From a virus (Duplodnaviria > Caudoviricetes): a stretch of 64,000 nt of DNA. Location of the stretch: positions 32,001 to 96,000 of the IMG/VR virus record IMGVR_UViG_2904560550_000001; one strand, written 5' to 3'. The notes beneath the pieces were generated by a model. That model ran no database searches and was not told the DNA's origin. It worked only from the letters and a program-made list of their open reading frames with translations. The translations under genes and the position numbers were made by a program. Below, piece by piece: positions 29,685 through 40,164 of the stretch. Numbering within the stretch: the stretch's first letter is position 1; each line of letters starts with the position of its first letter.

Positions 29685-29867
29685 CTAAATGCTCTTCTTC
29701 ATACCACATCTACGACACTCACGTAAAAACACACCACTTTTCACTGAACTCTTGAATAAAGTGTAATCGCAGTTGTCACAGCGACCATATTTAACATCGG
29801 GATGCTCCTTATAATCATACACAACTGTTACATCGTAGCCGTTAGTCTCTAAATCTTTCTCTTCCAT
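29685..29867 (-). CDS. Small Zn-ribbon protein
   Basis: CDNC/CRRC; AGGTGA RBS and TATAAT-like box upstream. Confidence 0.65.
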   Translation of the reverse strand: MEEKDLETNGYDVTVVYDYKEHPDVKYGRCDNCDYTLFKSSVKSGVFLRECRRCGMKKSI

Positions 29868-29937
29868 TAAATTTCACCTACACAAAGTATTTAACACTAC
29901 TATAATACCAGACGATGTATATAAGGAGGGTTTTAAT

Positions 29938-30189
29938 TTGATTGGAATAGCATATTTCTTAATACTCTGGCTGGGTGTTGGCTTTCTAACGGGATTTAAG
30001 GCCTTATTTGTTGATCAGGTTTATGATGAAGAGTTTAAGCAGGAATTGATTGATTCATTTTCACCAGGTATGGAGCAGAATATGATTGAACTGTTCTTTA
30101 AGAATAAAATAAATATCATGGTGTTTTACATATTAATTGGATTGCTGCCACTGACCATAAAAATTGCTGGTCTGCTGAAGAGGCGTTAG
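29938..30189 (+). CDS. yopE: Two-TM membrane protein (YopE-like)
   Basis: 83 aa, AAGGAGG RBS; 83/71/43-aa gene trio as in SPbeta. Confidence 0.6.
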   Translation: MIGIAYFLILWLGVGFLTGFKALFVDQVYDEEFKQELIDSFSPGMEQNMIELFFKNKINIMVFYILIGLLPLTIKIAGLLKRR

Positions 30190-30191
30190 CT

Positions 30192-30407
30192 ATGCCGGTT
30201 ATCGATACCTTTTTTGTTATTCAATTTGAAAATGATGATTACTTCAAGTCATTTAAATTAGATGGAAGTGGTTATAAGACATCTAAGGGGCTTCATGGAG
30301 CTTCTAAATTCACTACAATGTCAGAAGCTTTAGCGATCGCAAATGAGCTGCATACGGAGTTTAAAGCCACTTCTGCCATAAGACAAATTGAAGTTATTAC
30401 TAGGTGA
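30192..30407 (+). CDS. yopF: YopF-like hypothetical protein
   Basis: 71 aa; synteny. Confidence 0.55.
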   Translation: MPVIDTFFVIQFENDDYFKSFKLDGSGYKTSKGLHGASKFTTMSEALAIANELHTEFKATSAIRQIEVITR

Positions 30408-30418
30408 GGAGTGTTCAG

Positions 30419-30550
30419 GTGTACTGGATTGAATGGATTGAGGATGGGGAGAAGAAAAGTATTGTTGCGGATGGCTGGGTTGAATGGGCCACAATCCTTG
30501 AAGACCTTTATCAACAGAGATTTGAGTATGTTGATTGGAAACAGCTTTAA
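30419..30550 (+). CDS. yopG: YopG-like 43-aa protein (absent from the ORF track)
   Basis: GAGGAG RBS, GTG start; MYWIEWIEDGEKKSIVADGWVEWATILEDLYQQRFEYVDWKQL. Confidence 0.6.
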   Translation: MYWIEWIEDGEKKSIVADGWVEWATILEDLYQQRFEYVDWKQL

Positions 30551-30768
30551 ATAAATAGTGAGATCATGAAATAATCATCTTATAGACGTATTGAAAAGTT
30601 TATGGATTTACTTAATTGGGCCTAGATTGGTGAATAGTAAAACAGGTCATATAAAATATATAGTAAGGTAAAGTATGTGCTCGAGATCAAGAATTTTGCT
30701 GAGGAAATTACCCCCTATTTAAAGAGATCGCTTATGGCCCTGTAATTTTTTATACAAGAACTTTTAGG

Positions 30769-32547
30769 ATGGAGAGCTTAATGACAAATTTTATTGATGA
30801 ATTAAAACTAACAGAATCAAATATTGAAGAATTTAAATGGGATCTCTCAGCCCCTTTTTTTAAATTGAAGTCAAAATTAGAAGAACAGGATGTGGATAGA
30901 AAAAGCATAGCTGATATAGAAAAGGACATATTGGTATTAGACCTAGAAACAGACCGGGAAACCAAAGGATTTTTTACGCATAGGTATGTCATTACAGAAG
31001 AACAAGGGGGACATAATGTATACCCTAATATTGAAGAACAATTTACAGAAGAAATTAAAACATATTTGATAAGACGAACAATGGAAGTAAGAAACCCCAT
31101 ATTAAAAGCTAGATATAATGATGTCCTATGGTCAATTTATAAAAGTTTTCCTAACACAAAAGATGCAATAGAAGGATATTTAGAGTGTTCACGGATTTTT
31201 TATGATAAAGAATGGATCTGGCAAATTTCGAAGACAATCGATAGAGCATTGCAAATTGCAATCGGTATAAAGGACAGCGAAAAAGTATTATTGGTTATCG
31301 AGGTATATAAAGATATTTTAACAAGGGCACATGAAGAAAATAAGTTAATAATATGTATTGACTTAGCTAATTCATTGATGAATTATCATAAGGCATTAAA
31401 AAATTATGGTTTTAATTTCGTCGAATGTGTAATTCCTTTTTTATTGGTTAGTGAGGATCATTCCGCAGATAAAAGTGAATTTGAATTGAAAAGAAAAGCA
31501 CTAAGTGTAATTGTTTCAATTTATAATGCTGAAAAGAATAGAGAATTGGAAGAAGAGCATTTAATTGAAATAGCAAAATCATATGAGAGTGAGGGTGATT
31601 GGAATTCAGTATATGAGGAAAACTATATTATCGCAAGTGAAAATTATGAAGAGAGTATGAATATACTCTTACATTTAGGAAACCAAAAAACTAAGGTAGA
31701 TGCATTAAAAGTTAAGATACAGGAAAGCAATAAAAAGGGTATCTCGAATTTTCTGAAATTTGAACAGGAAATTAAAATCCCTACAGCAGTTCTTGAACCG
31801 TACTTTAAAATTTATAATGAGATTTCTGATTCAGAAACATTCTTAGCTAACTTGAGTATTGATTCAAATTTATTGCCTGATTGGCAAAAAAGCATAGAGT
31901 TTGCACGATCTATGGAAAATGAAAACCCCCTCTTGCATTTAATGCCAAAAAAAATTTTCAGTGGAAATATTGCGATTAAAGAAGTAAAGAGTGATCAAGA
32001 AAAGCTCAACTATGAAGCAATTAGGAGTTTTACCTTAAGATATCAAACAAGTGCTAATATTTTCATAATAAAACTTTTCGAAATTTTCAAGTGTAAATTT
32101 CAATACCCGGATAAAGAAATTATTGACTTTCTTTATCAGAGTGAATTAATTGAAAAAAGAATACCTATTATTGGTCTCGGAATTAAAAGATATTTTGAAG
32201 AAGACTATATTGGCGCGTGCCATTTGCTTATATTTCAAATAGAAGGCATTCTAAGAGAAATGTTAGGGTTATTAAAGTTGCCTACGTTTTCATATAGAAA
32301 CAACGAAATGAAAGAACGGATGCTTAGCGATTGCTTAGATACTTTGAAAAATAAAGGAATAGAAAAGAATTTCATAAAATTCCTCCAAATTTTTCTTTGT
32401 GAAAATATCGGTGATAATTTGCGAAATGAATTTGCTCATGGCATTGCAGATATTGCTAAAATGAACCAAGTCAATGCTTCTTTATTATTATTGACATACC
32501 TAAAGCTTTCACAATATAGGTTGACAGAAGTTAAACCCATGGAGTGA
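30769..32547 (+). CDS. DUF4209-like protein with a C-terminal HEPN-like motif
   Basis: QIEGILR...GDNLRNEFAHG (R-x4-H); AT-rich. Confidence 0.7.
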   Translation: MESLMTNFIDELKLTESNIEEFKWDLSAPFFKLKSKLEEQDVDRKSIADIEKDILVLDLETDRETKGFFTHRYVITEEQGGHNVYPNIEEQFTEEIKTYLIRRTMEVRNPILKARYNDVLWSIYKSFPNTKDAIEGYLECSRIFYDKEWIWQISKTIDRALQIAIGIKDSEKVLLVIEVYKDILTRAHEENKLIICIDLANSLMNYHKALKNYGFNFVECVIPFLLVSEDHSADKSEFELKRKALSVIVSIYNAEKNRELEEEHLIEIAKSYESEGDWNSVYEENYIIASENYEESMNILLHLGNQKTKVDALKVKIQESNKKGISNFLKFEQEIKIPTAVLEPYFKIYNEISDSETFLANLSIDSNLLPDWQKSIEFARSMENENPLLHLMPKKIFSGNIAIKEVKSDQEKLNYEAIRSFTLRYQTSANIFIIKLFEIFKCKFQYPDKEIIDFLYQSELIEKRIPIIGLGIKRYFEEDYIGACHLLIFQIEGILREMLGLLKLPTFSYRNNEMKERMLSDCLDTLKNKGIEKNFIKFLQIFLCENIGDNLRNEFAHGIADIAKMNQVNASLLLLTYLKLSQYRLTEVKPME

Positions 32548-33140
32548 GATATGTGGAAGATTTCTTTAATTTTAAATTAAAAATAAATGCTAAACCAAGT
32601 ATGTTTCACGGCAAGACAATTAGAAAGAATCTAACCGATACTCTTTGGCGTGAAAAAATAAGAGTTGCAATACTTGAGAGAAAAAATTATAGCTGTATGA
32701 TTTGTAATTACATGCCCCCTAAGTGATTTAAGCAGACTTCATGTACATGAAGTAGAAGAATATGATTCTGAAAACATAGATCTAAACTTGATATGCGTAA
32801 ACTGCCATTCTTTTCATCACTTCAAACGATCTCAATTGGTTCTAACTAAAGATCAATTAGCTAATCTAGCCAAACATTTTTGTAATGTGAACAATTGTAC
32901 GATGGAGGATTATGAACAGTATAAGCAATTCCTAAAAGAAAAACGTTTAAAAGAGATGAAGGAAGTAATCAATCGAGAATTGCAACTTAAAAAGCCGTTA
33001 GGGAAAAGCGCAACACTGAAATAAAGTTTGCTATCTTAGGTGATATACCTTATAAAGATTTAGTTATTGAGCGCTTAAAGAAAAAAAGCGTATATTACGA
33101 GTACGACAATTTACAAAATAAAGACAAGGGTTTATCCTAA
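32544..33140 (+). pseudogene. Degenerate HNH-like nuclease gene (several frameshifts; 3' end approximate)
   Basis: Fragments CMIC, LHVHE and LICVNCHSFHH are split across frames. Confidence 0.6.
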
Positions 33141-33291
33141 AAACCTTGTCTTTATAAAATACGAATTTTAATCAGATAAGGATCCTTCAAAAAATAATTA
33201 GAATAAAAATAAAATAAATACTTGTAATTCTGACAACTCTAATGTATATTATAAACAAGGGAACATTAGTTGGGAAGGGGTGGAGTAACCA

Positions 33292-34431
33292 ATGAATCTT
33301 AAGCAGAAGATTAAGAATGAATGTGAAAAAGACAACCAGCTCGCAGCGAAACTCTCAAAAATAGCAGGGTACGAAAAGGTTAATGGTTTTTACAAATTCA
33401 TCAACACCCCAGAGAAAGAAATGGACAACTTAGGCGGTTTAATTAAGATTGTTAAAAACTTGTTTCCTGATAATGAAGAGCAGCTTCTAAGTGATTACTT
33501 CTTAACATTGGATCCCAACAAAAAATGTGCTAGACAATCTGTTGAATACTCTGATATAAATCAATGGGATTCATTAACTGACAAGATTATTTTAAATTTA
33601 AGTAACTCAAAAAACACAACAAGTCAAGAATGGGGCAACATCTACAACATACATAGAAAGCTATATAAAAACCAAATCTCAATACCAGAAGCAATAAGAG
33701 AGTGTGGAAGATGTAAAGCTCCAGAAATGTCATTTTTCTCAGATGCAATGCTAATGTACAAATACTTGAATATTGGTGAGTTTGGATTGATGAAAAGCAC
33801 TTTAACACTTTTAGATTTTAGAAGCTTGCCAGAAGGATTTATAAAGGATTCGTACAAAAGTAGAGTGTCAATGTTACAAGCGAATATAAGCTTAAATGAA
33901 AATAATTTAATCGAAGCAAGAAAACATTCAAATATTGCAATAATGCAGTCCAATGTGAACCGAATATGTTTCTTTGCGCATCTGACAATAGGGAACACCC
34001 TAATTTTTGAAAACTATGAAGAAGCTATGCTAGCGTATGTTGAGGCAAAGAAGTATGTTCTTAATGATATTCATAAAGAAATGCTAAATGGTGCTCTTTG
34101 CTTCTTGGCTAACGTATGGAACAAGGAAAATTTATGGGTTAACTATGAATCGAATGATATCAAATATCAGCAGCTTAGGGCTTTTTATTACATAAAAAAT
34201 AATAATCTCGACAAGGCAAACGAATTATTGGAAAGCTTATCAAATAGGGATCAAGATGAAAATGAATTAGGATTTTATTTTTATTATAAAGGTTTGATAT
34301 CAAAACAAAAATCTGATTTTTATAAATCAATAACATATTTCAAAAAATCAGATGATAAATATTTTATCCAATTGACAATAATGGAGCTCGAAAAATTAGG
34401 CTGTGATCCGGAGCTGCTAAATTTAATTTAG
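33292..34431 (+). CDS. aimR: Arbitrium peptide receptor AimR (RRNPP family)
   Basis: 379 aa; N-terminal HTH-like region and TPR-like helices; ARQSVEYSD, EWGNIY, LTIGNT; upstream of aimP. Confidence 0.95.
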   Translation: MNLKQKIKNECEKDNQLAAKLSKIAGYEKVNGFYKFINTPEKEMDNLGGLIKIVKNLFPDNEEQLLSDYFLTLDPNKKCARQSVEYSDINQWDSLTDKIILNLSNSKNTTSQEWGNIYNIHRKLYKNQISIPEAIRECGRCKAPEMSFFSDAMLMYKYLNIGEFGLMKSTLTLLDFRSLPEGFIKDSYKSRVSMLQANISLNENNLIEARKHSNIAIMQSNVNRICFFAHLTIGNTLIFENYEEAMLAYVEAKKYVLNDIHKEMLNGALCFLANVWNKENLWVNYESNDIKYQQLRAFYYIKNNNLDKANELLESLSNRDQDENELGFYFYYKGLISKQKSDFYKSITYFKKSDDKYFIQLTIMELEKLGCDPELLNLI

Positions 34432-34460
34432 AATTTAACACTTGAAAGGAGGTGAATTTA

Positions 34461-34592
34461 ATGAAGAAATTTATTTTCGGCACAGCCATTTTAGCAGCTT
34501 TAGCAATTTCATTCATTGCAGGTCAACATTCAGTTAATACGGCATCAGCTTCTGATGAGATCTCTGTAGCAAGTGCAATTCGGGGAGCTTAA
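34461..34592 (+). CDS. aimP: Arbitrium propeptide AimP, mature hexapeptide SAIRGA (absent from the ORF track)
   Basis: AAAGGAGGTG RBS; MKKFIFGTAILAALAISFIAGQHSVNTASASDEISVASAIRGA. Confidence 0.96.
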   Translation: MKKFIFGTAILAALAISFIAGQHSVNTASASDEISVASAIRGA

Positions 34593-34624
34593 TACTACAA
34601 CAGGATACTACATAATCAATGGTT

Positions 34625-34657
34625 AGACGTTTGATCCAGTGGATCAGGCGTCTTTTC
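34625..34657 (+). terminator. Terminator between aimP and aimX
   Basis: AGACGTTTGATCC-AGT-GGATCAGGCGTCT followed by T residues. Confidence 0.8.
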
Positions 34658-34670
34658 TAATTTTAAGAGA

Positions 34671-34707
34671 ATGTTCCAGAAATTCATAATATAAAAAACA
34701 AGAACAT
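34671..34707 (+). promoter_or_regulatory. AimR operator
   Basis: ATGTTC-N25-GAACAT inverted repeat, the 6-25-6 geometry known for AimR sites. Confidence 0.85.
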
Positions 34708-34719
34708 GGGGGAATTAAA

Positions 34720-34875
34720 ATGAAAAAGCATTTCGGACAAGCACTTTCTTATGAGGATATGGCCAAAGGTTACGAAGAAATGGCAGCTATTAATCTTGTA
34801 ATTTCCCAGGAAGACAATCATCTTGAAAATGAAGCAGAAATGGTTAGATCAAAATATAAAGCAAAGGTATCCTAA
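34720..34875 (+). CDS. aimX: AimX, MazE-like 51-aa protein (absent from the ORF track)
   Basis: MKKHFGQALSYEDMAKGYEEMAAINLVISQEDNHLENEAEMVRSKYKAKVS; directly after the AimR operator. Confidence 0.88.
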   Translation: MKKHFGQALSYEDMAKGYEEMAAINLVISQEDNHLENEAEMVRSKYKAKVS

Positions 34876-35024
34876 TGAAGATTAAAGACAAATCAGCAGA
34901 CATTTTAACACATACATAGGGGATGTGTTATTTGTCGTGAATAAAAATAAAATAAATCATTGCATATTATTATGGTAACATATATAATGAAGTTACAAGA
35001 TGAACGTTGTTGGGAGATGAAACA

Positions 35025-35237
35025 ATGGAAACTACCAGTGCCACTCAAAAAGAAGAGTTGAAGATTACATCATTAAGACAATATCAATACATAAAACAAC
35101 TAAAGAACTTCACACGAGTCAATCTCCACCTAGAGGATCCAGATGTGTTTACACCTAATAATGTAACTACAATGAGAAAAAATCATAAAGAATATAACCT
35201 CATTAAAGAACAAAAGAATTCTATAAAATGCATTTAA
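35025..35237 (+). CDS. First gene of the sro operon (SroA position)
   Basis: GGGAG RBS; SPBRE and TTGCAT..TATAAT promoter upstream. Confidence 0.65.
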   Translation: METTSATQKEELKITSLRQYQYIKQLKNFTRVNLHLEDPDVFTPNNVTTMRKNHKEYNLIKEQKNSIKCI

Positions 35238-35251
35238 GGAGTAAAATTAAA

Positions 35252-35482
35252 ATGAATAATAAATATTACACAGAAGAAAACAAGGCTAAAGTTTGGAAAA
35301 AGCATATGATCGTTTTAAAATTTCTAGAGCAGCCTGAGATAGCAGTTGCTTATAATGAGTTCTTACGAAGAGAAGCAACAAGTGATGAATGGGTTGGGTT
35401 CGAAGAGGAGCTTTATGAGGAATTGACGGGGATGCCAATTATAAACGTCTGTAAGGACGAGAGGGTAAATGTCCTAAACTGA
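35252..35482 (+). CDS. phi3T_93/SroB-like protein (reported MazE binder)
   Basis: AAGGAG RBS; second gene of the operon; assignment rests on position and recalled similarity. Confidence 0.6.
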   Translation: MNNKYYTEENKAKVWKKHMIVLKFLEQPEIAVAYNEFLRREATSDEWVGFEEELYEELTGMPIINVCKDERVNVLN

Positions 35483-35520
35483 ATTTTATTATAGGATAAA
35501 AATAAATTAGGTGTGATAAA

Positions 35521-35685
35521 ATGAATACAGACATCTTAATTAACGCTCTTAAAGAATACGACATGTTAAAGCAAATGGAAATCTGTAACGCCAATATAAT
35601 GCTGCTGAGTAATATTCAAGGTGAAAATGAATGGATTGTTGCGTGGAAAGAATTTGATCAATACTTAATGAAAAAAATGATATGA
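35521..35685 (+). CDS. 54-aa protein at the SroC position (absent from the ORF track)
   Basis: AGGTG RBS; MNTDILINALKEYDMLKQ... Confidence 0.6.
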   Translation: MNTDILINALKEYDMLKQMEICNANIMLLSNIQGENEWIVAWKEFDQYLMKKMI

Positions 35686-35694
35686 GGTGTCATT

Positions 35695-36753
35695 ATGGAA
35701 GCTCAAAAGAAAGCGTCAACACTAAGGGATTATTCAATATTCAACAACATAAATAGGTGGTTTGATGAATTAGATTTAAGAAACAGGGATCAAAAAACTG
35801 GAGAAATTGAAAAGTCTAATACTAGAGCCACGTATGAAAGGCATATAAGAGAGTTTTTCAACCACTATGCTGCCAAGGATATTGAATATTTAACTGAGAG
35901 TGACCTGGCGATCAAGAAGAGTGACCTGTATGATTATCGAAGCCATTTGGCTAAAAATAAAAGTAACTCCAATTCAACAATTAACAACAAGATTGCCGCA
36001 CTGAAAAGTATGATTAAGTATCTTGAATCTGAACATGAGTGTGATGCATCTGTATTTAATTTTAGGCCTCTTCCAACAGAAAAGAACCCAGCAGGCTCTT
36101 TTGAAGGAATATCTGAAGCTGATGAATTTGCTGAGGCAGCGTATGTTACTGAGCGGCAGAACAGATTAATGAAAAAGATGTTTATTTTGTTTAGTGCACG
36201 CACTGGAGGGCGTAAATCAGAGGTGCTTAGAGTTGGGTGGGATGATATTACTTATTCAGAAAAGCATCAATGCTATCTCGTCAACTTTAAAAAAACCAAG
36301 CAAAAAAAGGCTAGACCAGTTGGAATTTCCACAGCTTTTTATGAAGAGTTGTTGCTGTTAAAGCAAGAGTATGGGGAGCATGAACTGTTATTTCATAAGT
36401 TAACAGTTGATTCAATACAGGATATGTGGAATCGCGTATGTAGAGTTATGGGCATTCCAAAAGAAAGAAAGATAACTCCGCATAGTTTACGCAATACTGC
36501 AACAAACTTTTCTTACAGCGTTAATGGTGATATTAAAAAAGTTGCAGCGTTCTCTGGTCACAGCAATATCAATGTTTTGAATGATCATTATTTAAACAAT
36601 GAAAGGGATTATTCTCAAGATCCAGGGGTTTTGGTTGATCAAAAAGAAGACATGTCCTTTTTAGATGATGTTACCTTAGAGCAATATAAAGAATTCTTTT
36701 TAAAATCAGACATGTATATACAGAGTAAACTTAAAATGTTTTTGAACAAGTGA
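35695..36753 (+). CDS. yopP: Tyrosine recombinase family protein
   Basis: SAM-like N-terminal domain; TGGRKSE, HSLR, SGH and HY catalytic set present. Confidence 0.88.
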   Translation: MEAQKKASTLRDYSIFNNINRWFDELDLRNRDQKTGEIEKSNTRATYERHIREFFNHYAAKDIEYLTESDLAIKKSDLYDYRSHLAKNKSNSNSTINNKIAALKSMIKYLESEHECDASVFNFRPLPTEKNPAGSFEGISEADEFAEAAYVTERQNRLMKKMFILFSARTGGRKSEVLRVGWDDITYSEKHQCYLVNFKKTKQKKARPVGISTAFYEELLLLKQEYGEHELLFHKLTVDSIQDMWNRVCRVMGIPKERKITPHSLRNTATNFSYSVNGDIKKVAAFSGHSNINVLNDHYLNNERDYSQDPGVLVDQKEDMSFLDDVTLEQYKEFFLKSDMYIQSKLKMFLNK

Positions 36754-36829
36754 TACAAATAATCATATAAAAGCTTTACTTGCTTATGAAAATAATGATA
36801 AATTTAATATGATTATGTGAGGTGATAAT

Positions 36830-38179
36830 GTGTCTGAAGTTTTGTTGACAACGGATAAACTTTATAAGTTAAAAACTGAAATAGAGGGAAGGATTATTGA
36901 TATTAAAGATGATTCCAATATGGTGAAGGAATTAAAAGCTACGATGGCGGAAAAATACAAGGCCCTCCCTGGTTATATCCAAGAAATTTTAAATAATAAT
37001 GATAATAACGTACAGCGTTTAAACGAAAAAGAAGTGTACATTGTTTCAAAAGAGATGTATTCAATTCTCGGGGCGCCAGCTTTAGATCCGTCAAATTATT
37101 TTCCAACCAGATTGGCAAAAGAGCTTGAAGGTGGGAGAGTATTCGCCGGTGAAGAAGTAGTTAAGCTCCCATACAAGTTTAAAAATGTGATTAAAATCAA
37201 AGAGGATAACTATGTCACTTCCATTACTGCCAAAGAACTTAGTGAGTTATATAATAGCTCCATCCTGCAGTACAATTACAACACTCAGCGTGAAGGAAAG
37301 TATATTAAAGGCAGTCTTATTCCTGTCCCTAAAACAAACCCTAAATCAGTTGATGAGATCAAAGAATTGTTTATCAAAGGTGATTTAATTGTATCAATGT
37401 TAACTTTTAACGCTCGTCTTGGAACATCTGATGGTGATGAAGAAGTTGAATATGATCCAAGCACTCAAACCCTCACTGTAACACGCGGAACCTTATTAGA
37501 TGCTCTAGATGGATACCATCGAATTTCAGGTATTGTTAAGGCCATTGCTGAAGTCCCTGAATTGGATCAACCATTCATTTTAAATGTACTCAATTACGAT
37601 GAAGAAAAGGCTAAGGTTCACTTTGCTCAAATGAACACAATAAACCCAGTTGAAAAATCCAGAATTGAAGAATTAGGGCAAAAACGGTATTCTTCAACAG
37701 TTGTCGAGCAGCTGAAATTTAAAAGTGAACTTAAAAATAAAATAAGCCCACAAAGTGAAATTGGTATCGATAGCAATTTTCTTGTGACATATTATACTTT
37801 ATCCGAAGCTATAGACGATGCATTTGAGTTGAAATCTCGAAAAGATGCGTTGAAAATTGCGAAATACCTGGTCGACTTTTTTGATAACCTTTTTTATGCC
37901 TTCCCAGATGAATTTCTTGAAGATGATTTATCGTCCATTAGAAAGCAATCATACATTAATCATAACGTAATGTTTTACGGTTATGTTTATTTGGCCAAGA
38001 AGATGAAGGAAAACAATGTAGAACTAAACAAGCTTGAAAGTATCCTTAATACAATTGACTTTAGTAAGAGCGGAAGAGTGTTTGAAGAATTAGGAAGACG
38101 AAATAATGAAAATCAACTGAAGACTGCTATGAAGAAGAAACTAAAGAGAATATTTTATGATGAAATTGCTGTTGTTTAA
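36830..38179 (+). CDS. yopQ: ParB/DndB-like protein
   Basis: TQRE and LDGYHR motifs; between yopP and yopR. Confidence 0.8.
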   Translation: MSEVLLTTDKLYKLKTEIEGRIIDIKDDSNMVKELKATMAEKYKALPGYIQEILNNNDNNVQRLNEKEVYIVSKEMYSILGAPALDPSNYFPTRLAKELEGGRVFAGEEVVKLPYKFKNVIKIKEDNYVTSITAKELSELYNSSILQYNYNTQREGKYIKGSLIPVPKTNPKSVDEIKELFIKGDLIVSMLTFNARLGTSDGDEEVEYDPSTQTLTVTRGTLLDALDGYHRISGIVKAIAEVPELDQPFILNVLNYDEEKAKVHFAQMNTINPVEKSRIEELGQKRYSSTVVEQLKFKSELKNKISPQSEIGIDSNFLVTYYTLSEAIDDAFELKSRKDALKIAKYLVDFFDNLFYAFPDEFLEDDLSSIRKQSYINHNVMFYGYVYLAKKMKENNVELNKLESILNTIDFSKSGRVFEELGRRNNENQLKTAMKKKLKRIFYDEIAVV

Positions 38180-38199
38180 AGCTTAAAGGAGAATTTAAT

Positions 38200-39183
38200 A
38201 TGAGTGAAATGTATAATGCTGAATTGAAGGAAAAGTTTTTAGAGAAATACGAAAGTGAAGCAACAAGAAACCATTATTGGCTAAGGCTAAGGGATTTCTC
38301 AGCTACAGAAAAAATACTTCAAAAAGACATATTTAATTTTTCTTTGGAAGAGCTGCGTACGTTATTTTTAGATTTAGATAGCAAATCTATAGATTCACTA
38401 AGAGGAGCAAGAGCTGTAATTGGACAATACACAACATGGGCAATGGAAAATGGCTTGGCAAACAGTAATATTAACAAAGTGTATCAGATACAGGATGGTG
38501 ACCTAAAGCAGTTTATAGATAAAAACAAAAAAACACTATTCACCAATAAAGAAGTAGAAGAGTATGTTGATTTTATGGTTAATTATCAGGATAAGGCCAT
38601 GATACAGGCTATTTATGAAGGTATAGATGGTTATCAGCATTCTGAGTTACTGAATTTAACAGGTGATGATTTACTCGATGATAACAAGGTGAAGCTGGTA
38701 GATGATAAACATGGTATAAGAATAATTACTGTAAGTGATAAATGTTATGAGTTGCTTAAGCGTGCTAATGACCAAAGAACATATCATCTTAGCAATGGTT
38801 CTCCAGATAGTGGCCTTAAAAACAAATTTGCCACATTAGTTAAAAGCGAAAATATTTTTAGGCTAAAATATAAGAGTTCTAATCAGAGTATGAAAGCTGA
38901 CAAATTTTTAGTTCACCGTTCTTTTAGTCAGTTTCAAAAATTTTTAGAAGAACCTTTCTTTACACCTAAAAATCTTATCAACTCAGGAAAGCTCAACATG
39001 GCGTATGAGATATATAAAGAGAAGGGTGAATTAAAAGTACCTGATTATAAAAAAATAACTCGACAATATGGATTCCTGAATGAAGACGCGGAGTTTAATT
39101 CACAATCACTGAGGAAAGTAGTGAATATGGAGAACTTAGAAAAATATTGTATCAAGTCTGAAGTAATTGAGGCTAATTCTTAA
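38200..39183 (+). CDS. yopR: Master repressor MrpR/SroF (recombinase fold lacking catalytic motifs)
   Basis: 327 aa; integrase-like pattern EGI...SEL with no HxxR; synteny. Confidence 0.85.
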   Translation: MSEMYNAELKEKFLEKYESEATRNHYWLRLRDFSATEKILQKDIFNFSLEELRTLFLDLDSKSIDSLRGARAVIGQYTTWAMENGLANSNINKVYQIQDGDLKQFIDKNKKTLFTNKEVEEYVDFMVNYQDKAMIQAIYEGIDGYQHSELLNLTGDDLLDDNKVKLVDDKHGIRIITVSDKCYELLKRANDQRTYHLSNGSPDSGLKNKFATLVKSENIFRLKYKSSNQSMKADKFLVHRSFSQFQKFLEEPFFTPKNLINSGKLNMAYEIYKEKGELKVPDYKKITRQYGFLNEDAEFNSQSLRKVVNMENLEKYCIKSEVIEANS

Positions 39184-39201
39184 TCCCTGTTACAGGGATT
39201 A
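39181..39201. terminator. Hairpin after yopR
   Basis: TAATCCCTGT-T-ACAGGGATTA. Confidence 0.55.
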
Positions 39202-39403
39202 ACTTTACATAACTTTTAGAGTAAAAATAAAAACAATGTGAATTAACTCGTGATATTTTTAGAAAAATATCAGGATTTTGTTCATATTTTTCAGAATTCG
39301 ACAAAGTTAGACAGAGACAAATTTGTACATATGCAGTAAAATAGTTCTATACCCTGAAAAGGGTACAAGGAGGTTCGCTAGGCCAAACTCCCTAGCGTTT
39401 AAG

Positions 39404-39625
39404 TCAATGTTTGATTTTCCATTCATAGAGATCTTCAATCGAACAGTTAAGTGCAATAGCAATGATTTTAGCCGTTTTTATATTCATGGAAGGTCTAAAG
39501 CCGTTTGCATAGTCACTTAATCTTTGCGTACTAATGCCTGTTCGCTTTGAAAGTTCTCCTAAGGACATTCCTCTACTTTCAAGGAGAATGGATATCAAAC
39601 ATTGTCCGATTTCAACCTCAAGCAT
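39404..39625 (-). CDS. yopS: XRE HTH regulator
   Basis: AGGAGG RBS; ELSKRTGISTQRLSDY...ALNCSIEDLY. Confidence 0.8.
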   Translation of the reverse strand: MLEVEIGQCLISILLESRGMSLGELSKRTGISTQRLSDYANGFRPSMNIKTAKIIAIALNCSIEDLYEWKIKH

Positions 39626-39790
39626 CGGACAACCTCCTGTTATAGTATTGCTTATCATACTATATCAATTCTTTCCAAGTTTTTAAATGAAAGAAAAAAG
39701 ATTTGCCACTAACTAGGTAAAAGGTTATAATTAAGTCAACAAAAAAGGGAACGTAAGTTCGGTTAATTACTACCAGAGAGAGGGAAACGT

Positions 39791-40090
39791 ATGTCAGAAA
39801 AGGATTATTTTATTCAAGGGGAGCTGTGCATTCCTTTTTTCGGCAGAATAAAAGCCAAGAATGAAGAGGAAGCACTTTTGTTCGCATATCAATCAATTAA
39901 AAAGAAATTAAGAAATAAAACAGGAAAAATGGGGTTTCTTCAAAAAGATCAAGAAAAATATGAGGCACTATTTGATGTAGACATCATGTGTACAGAGGAT
40001 GCTGAAATAACAACCTCTTATGCCGAAGAAATAGACGATTCGTTTGAAAATGAAGGCTATAAATCTTCTCAGCTGTTATCAATAAAATAA
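39791..40090 (+). CDS. Hypothetical protein
   Basis: GAGAGGG RBS; TTGCCA..TATAAT upstream. Confidence 0.65.
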   Translation: MSEKDYFIQGELCIPFFGRIKAKNEEEALLFAYQSIKKKLRNKTGKMGFLQKDQEKYEALFDVDIMCTEDAEITTSYAEEIDDSFENEGYKSSQLLSIK

Positions 40091-40164
40091 ATGCACATAC
40101 ACATCTTGTCAGTCATCATGAGACATAAAAAATTGGTGACTTTTTAGTCAGACTGGAGCATACA

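Noticed and set aside
33230-33266. Second AimR operator upstream of aimR
   Set aside because: GAACAT half-site is present but there is no ATGTTC 25 bp upstream
35695-39183. YopP or YopR as the prophage integrase with att sites in this window
   Set aside because: No host junction is visible; SPbeta-like phages carry their integration recombinase at the prophage end, and YopR lacks catalytic residues
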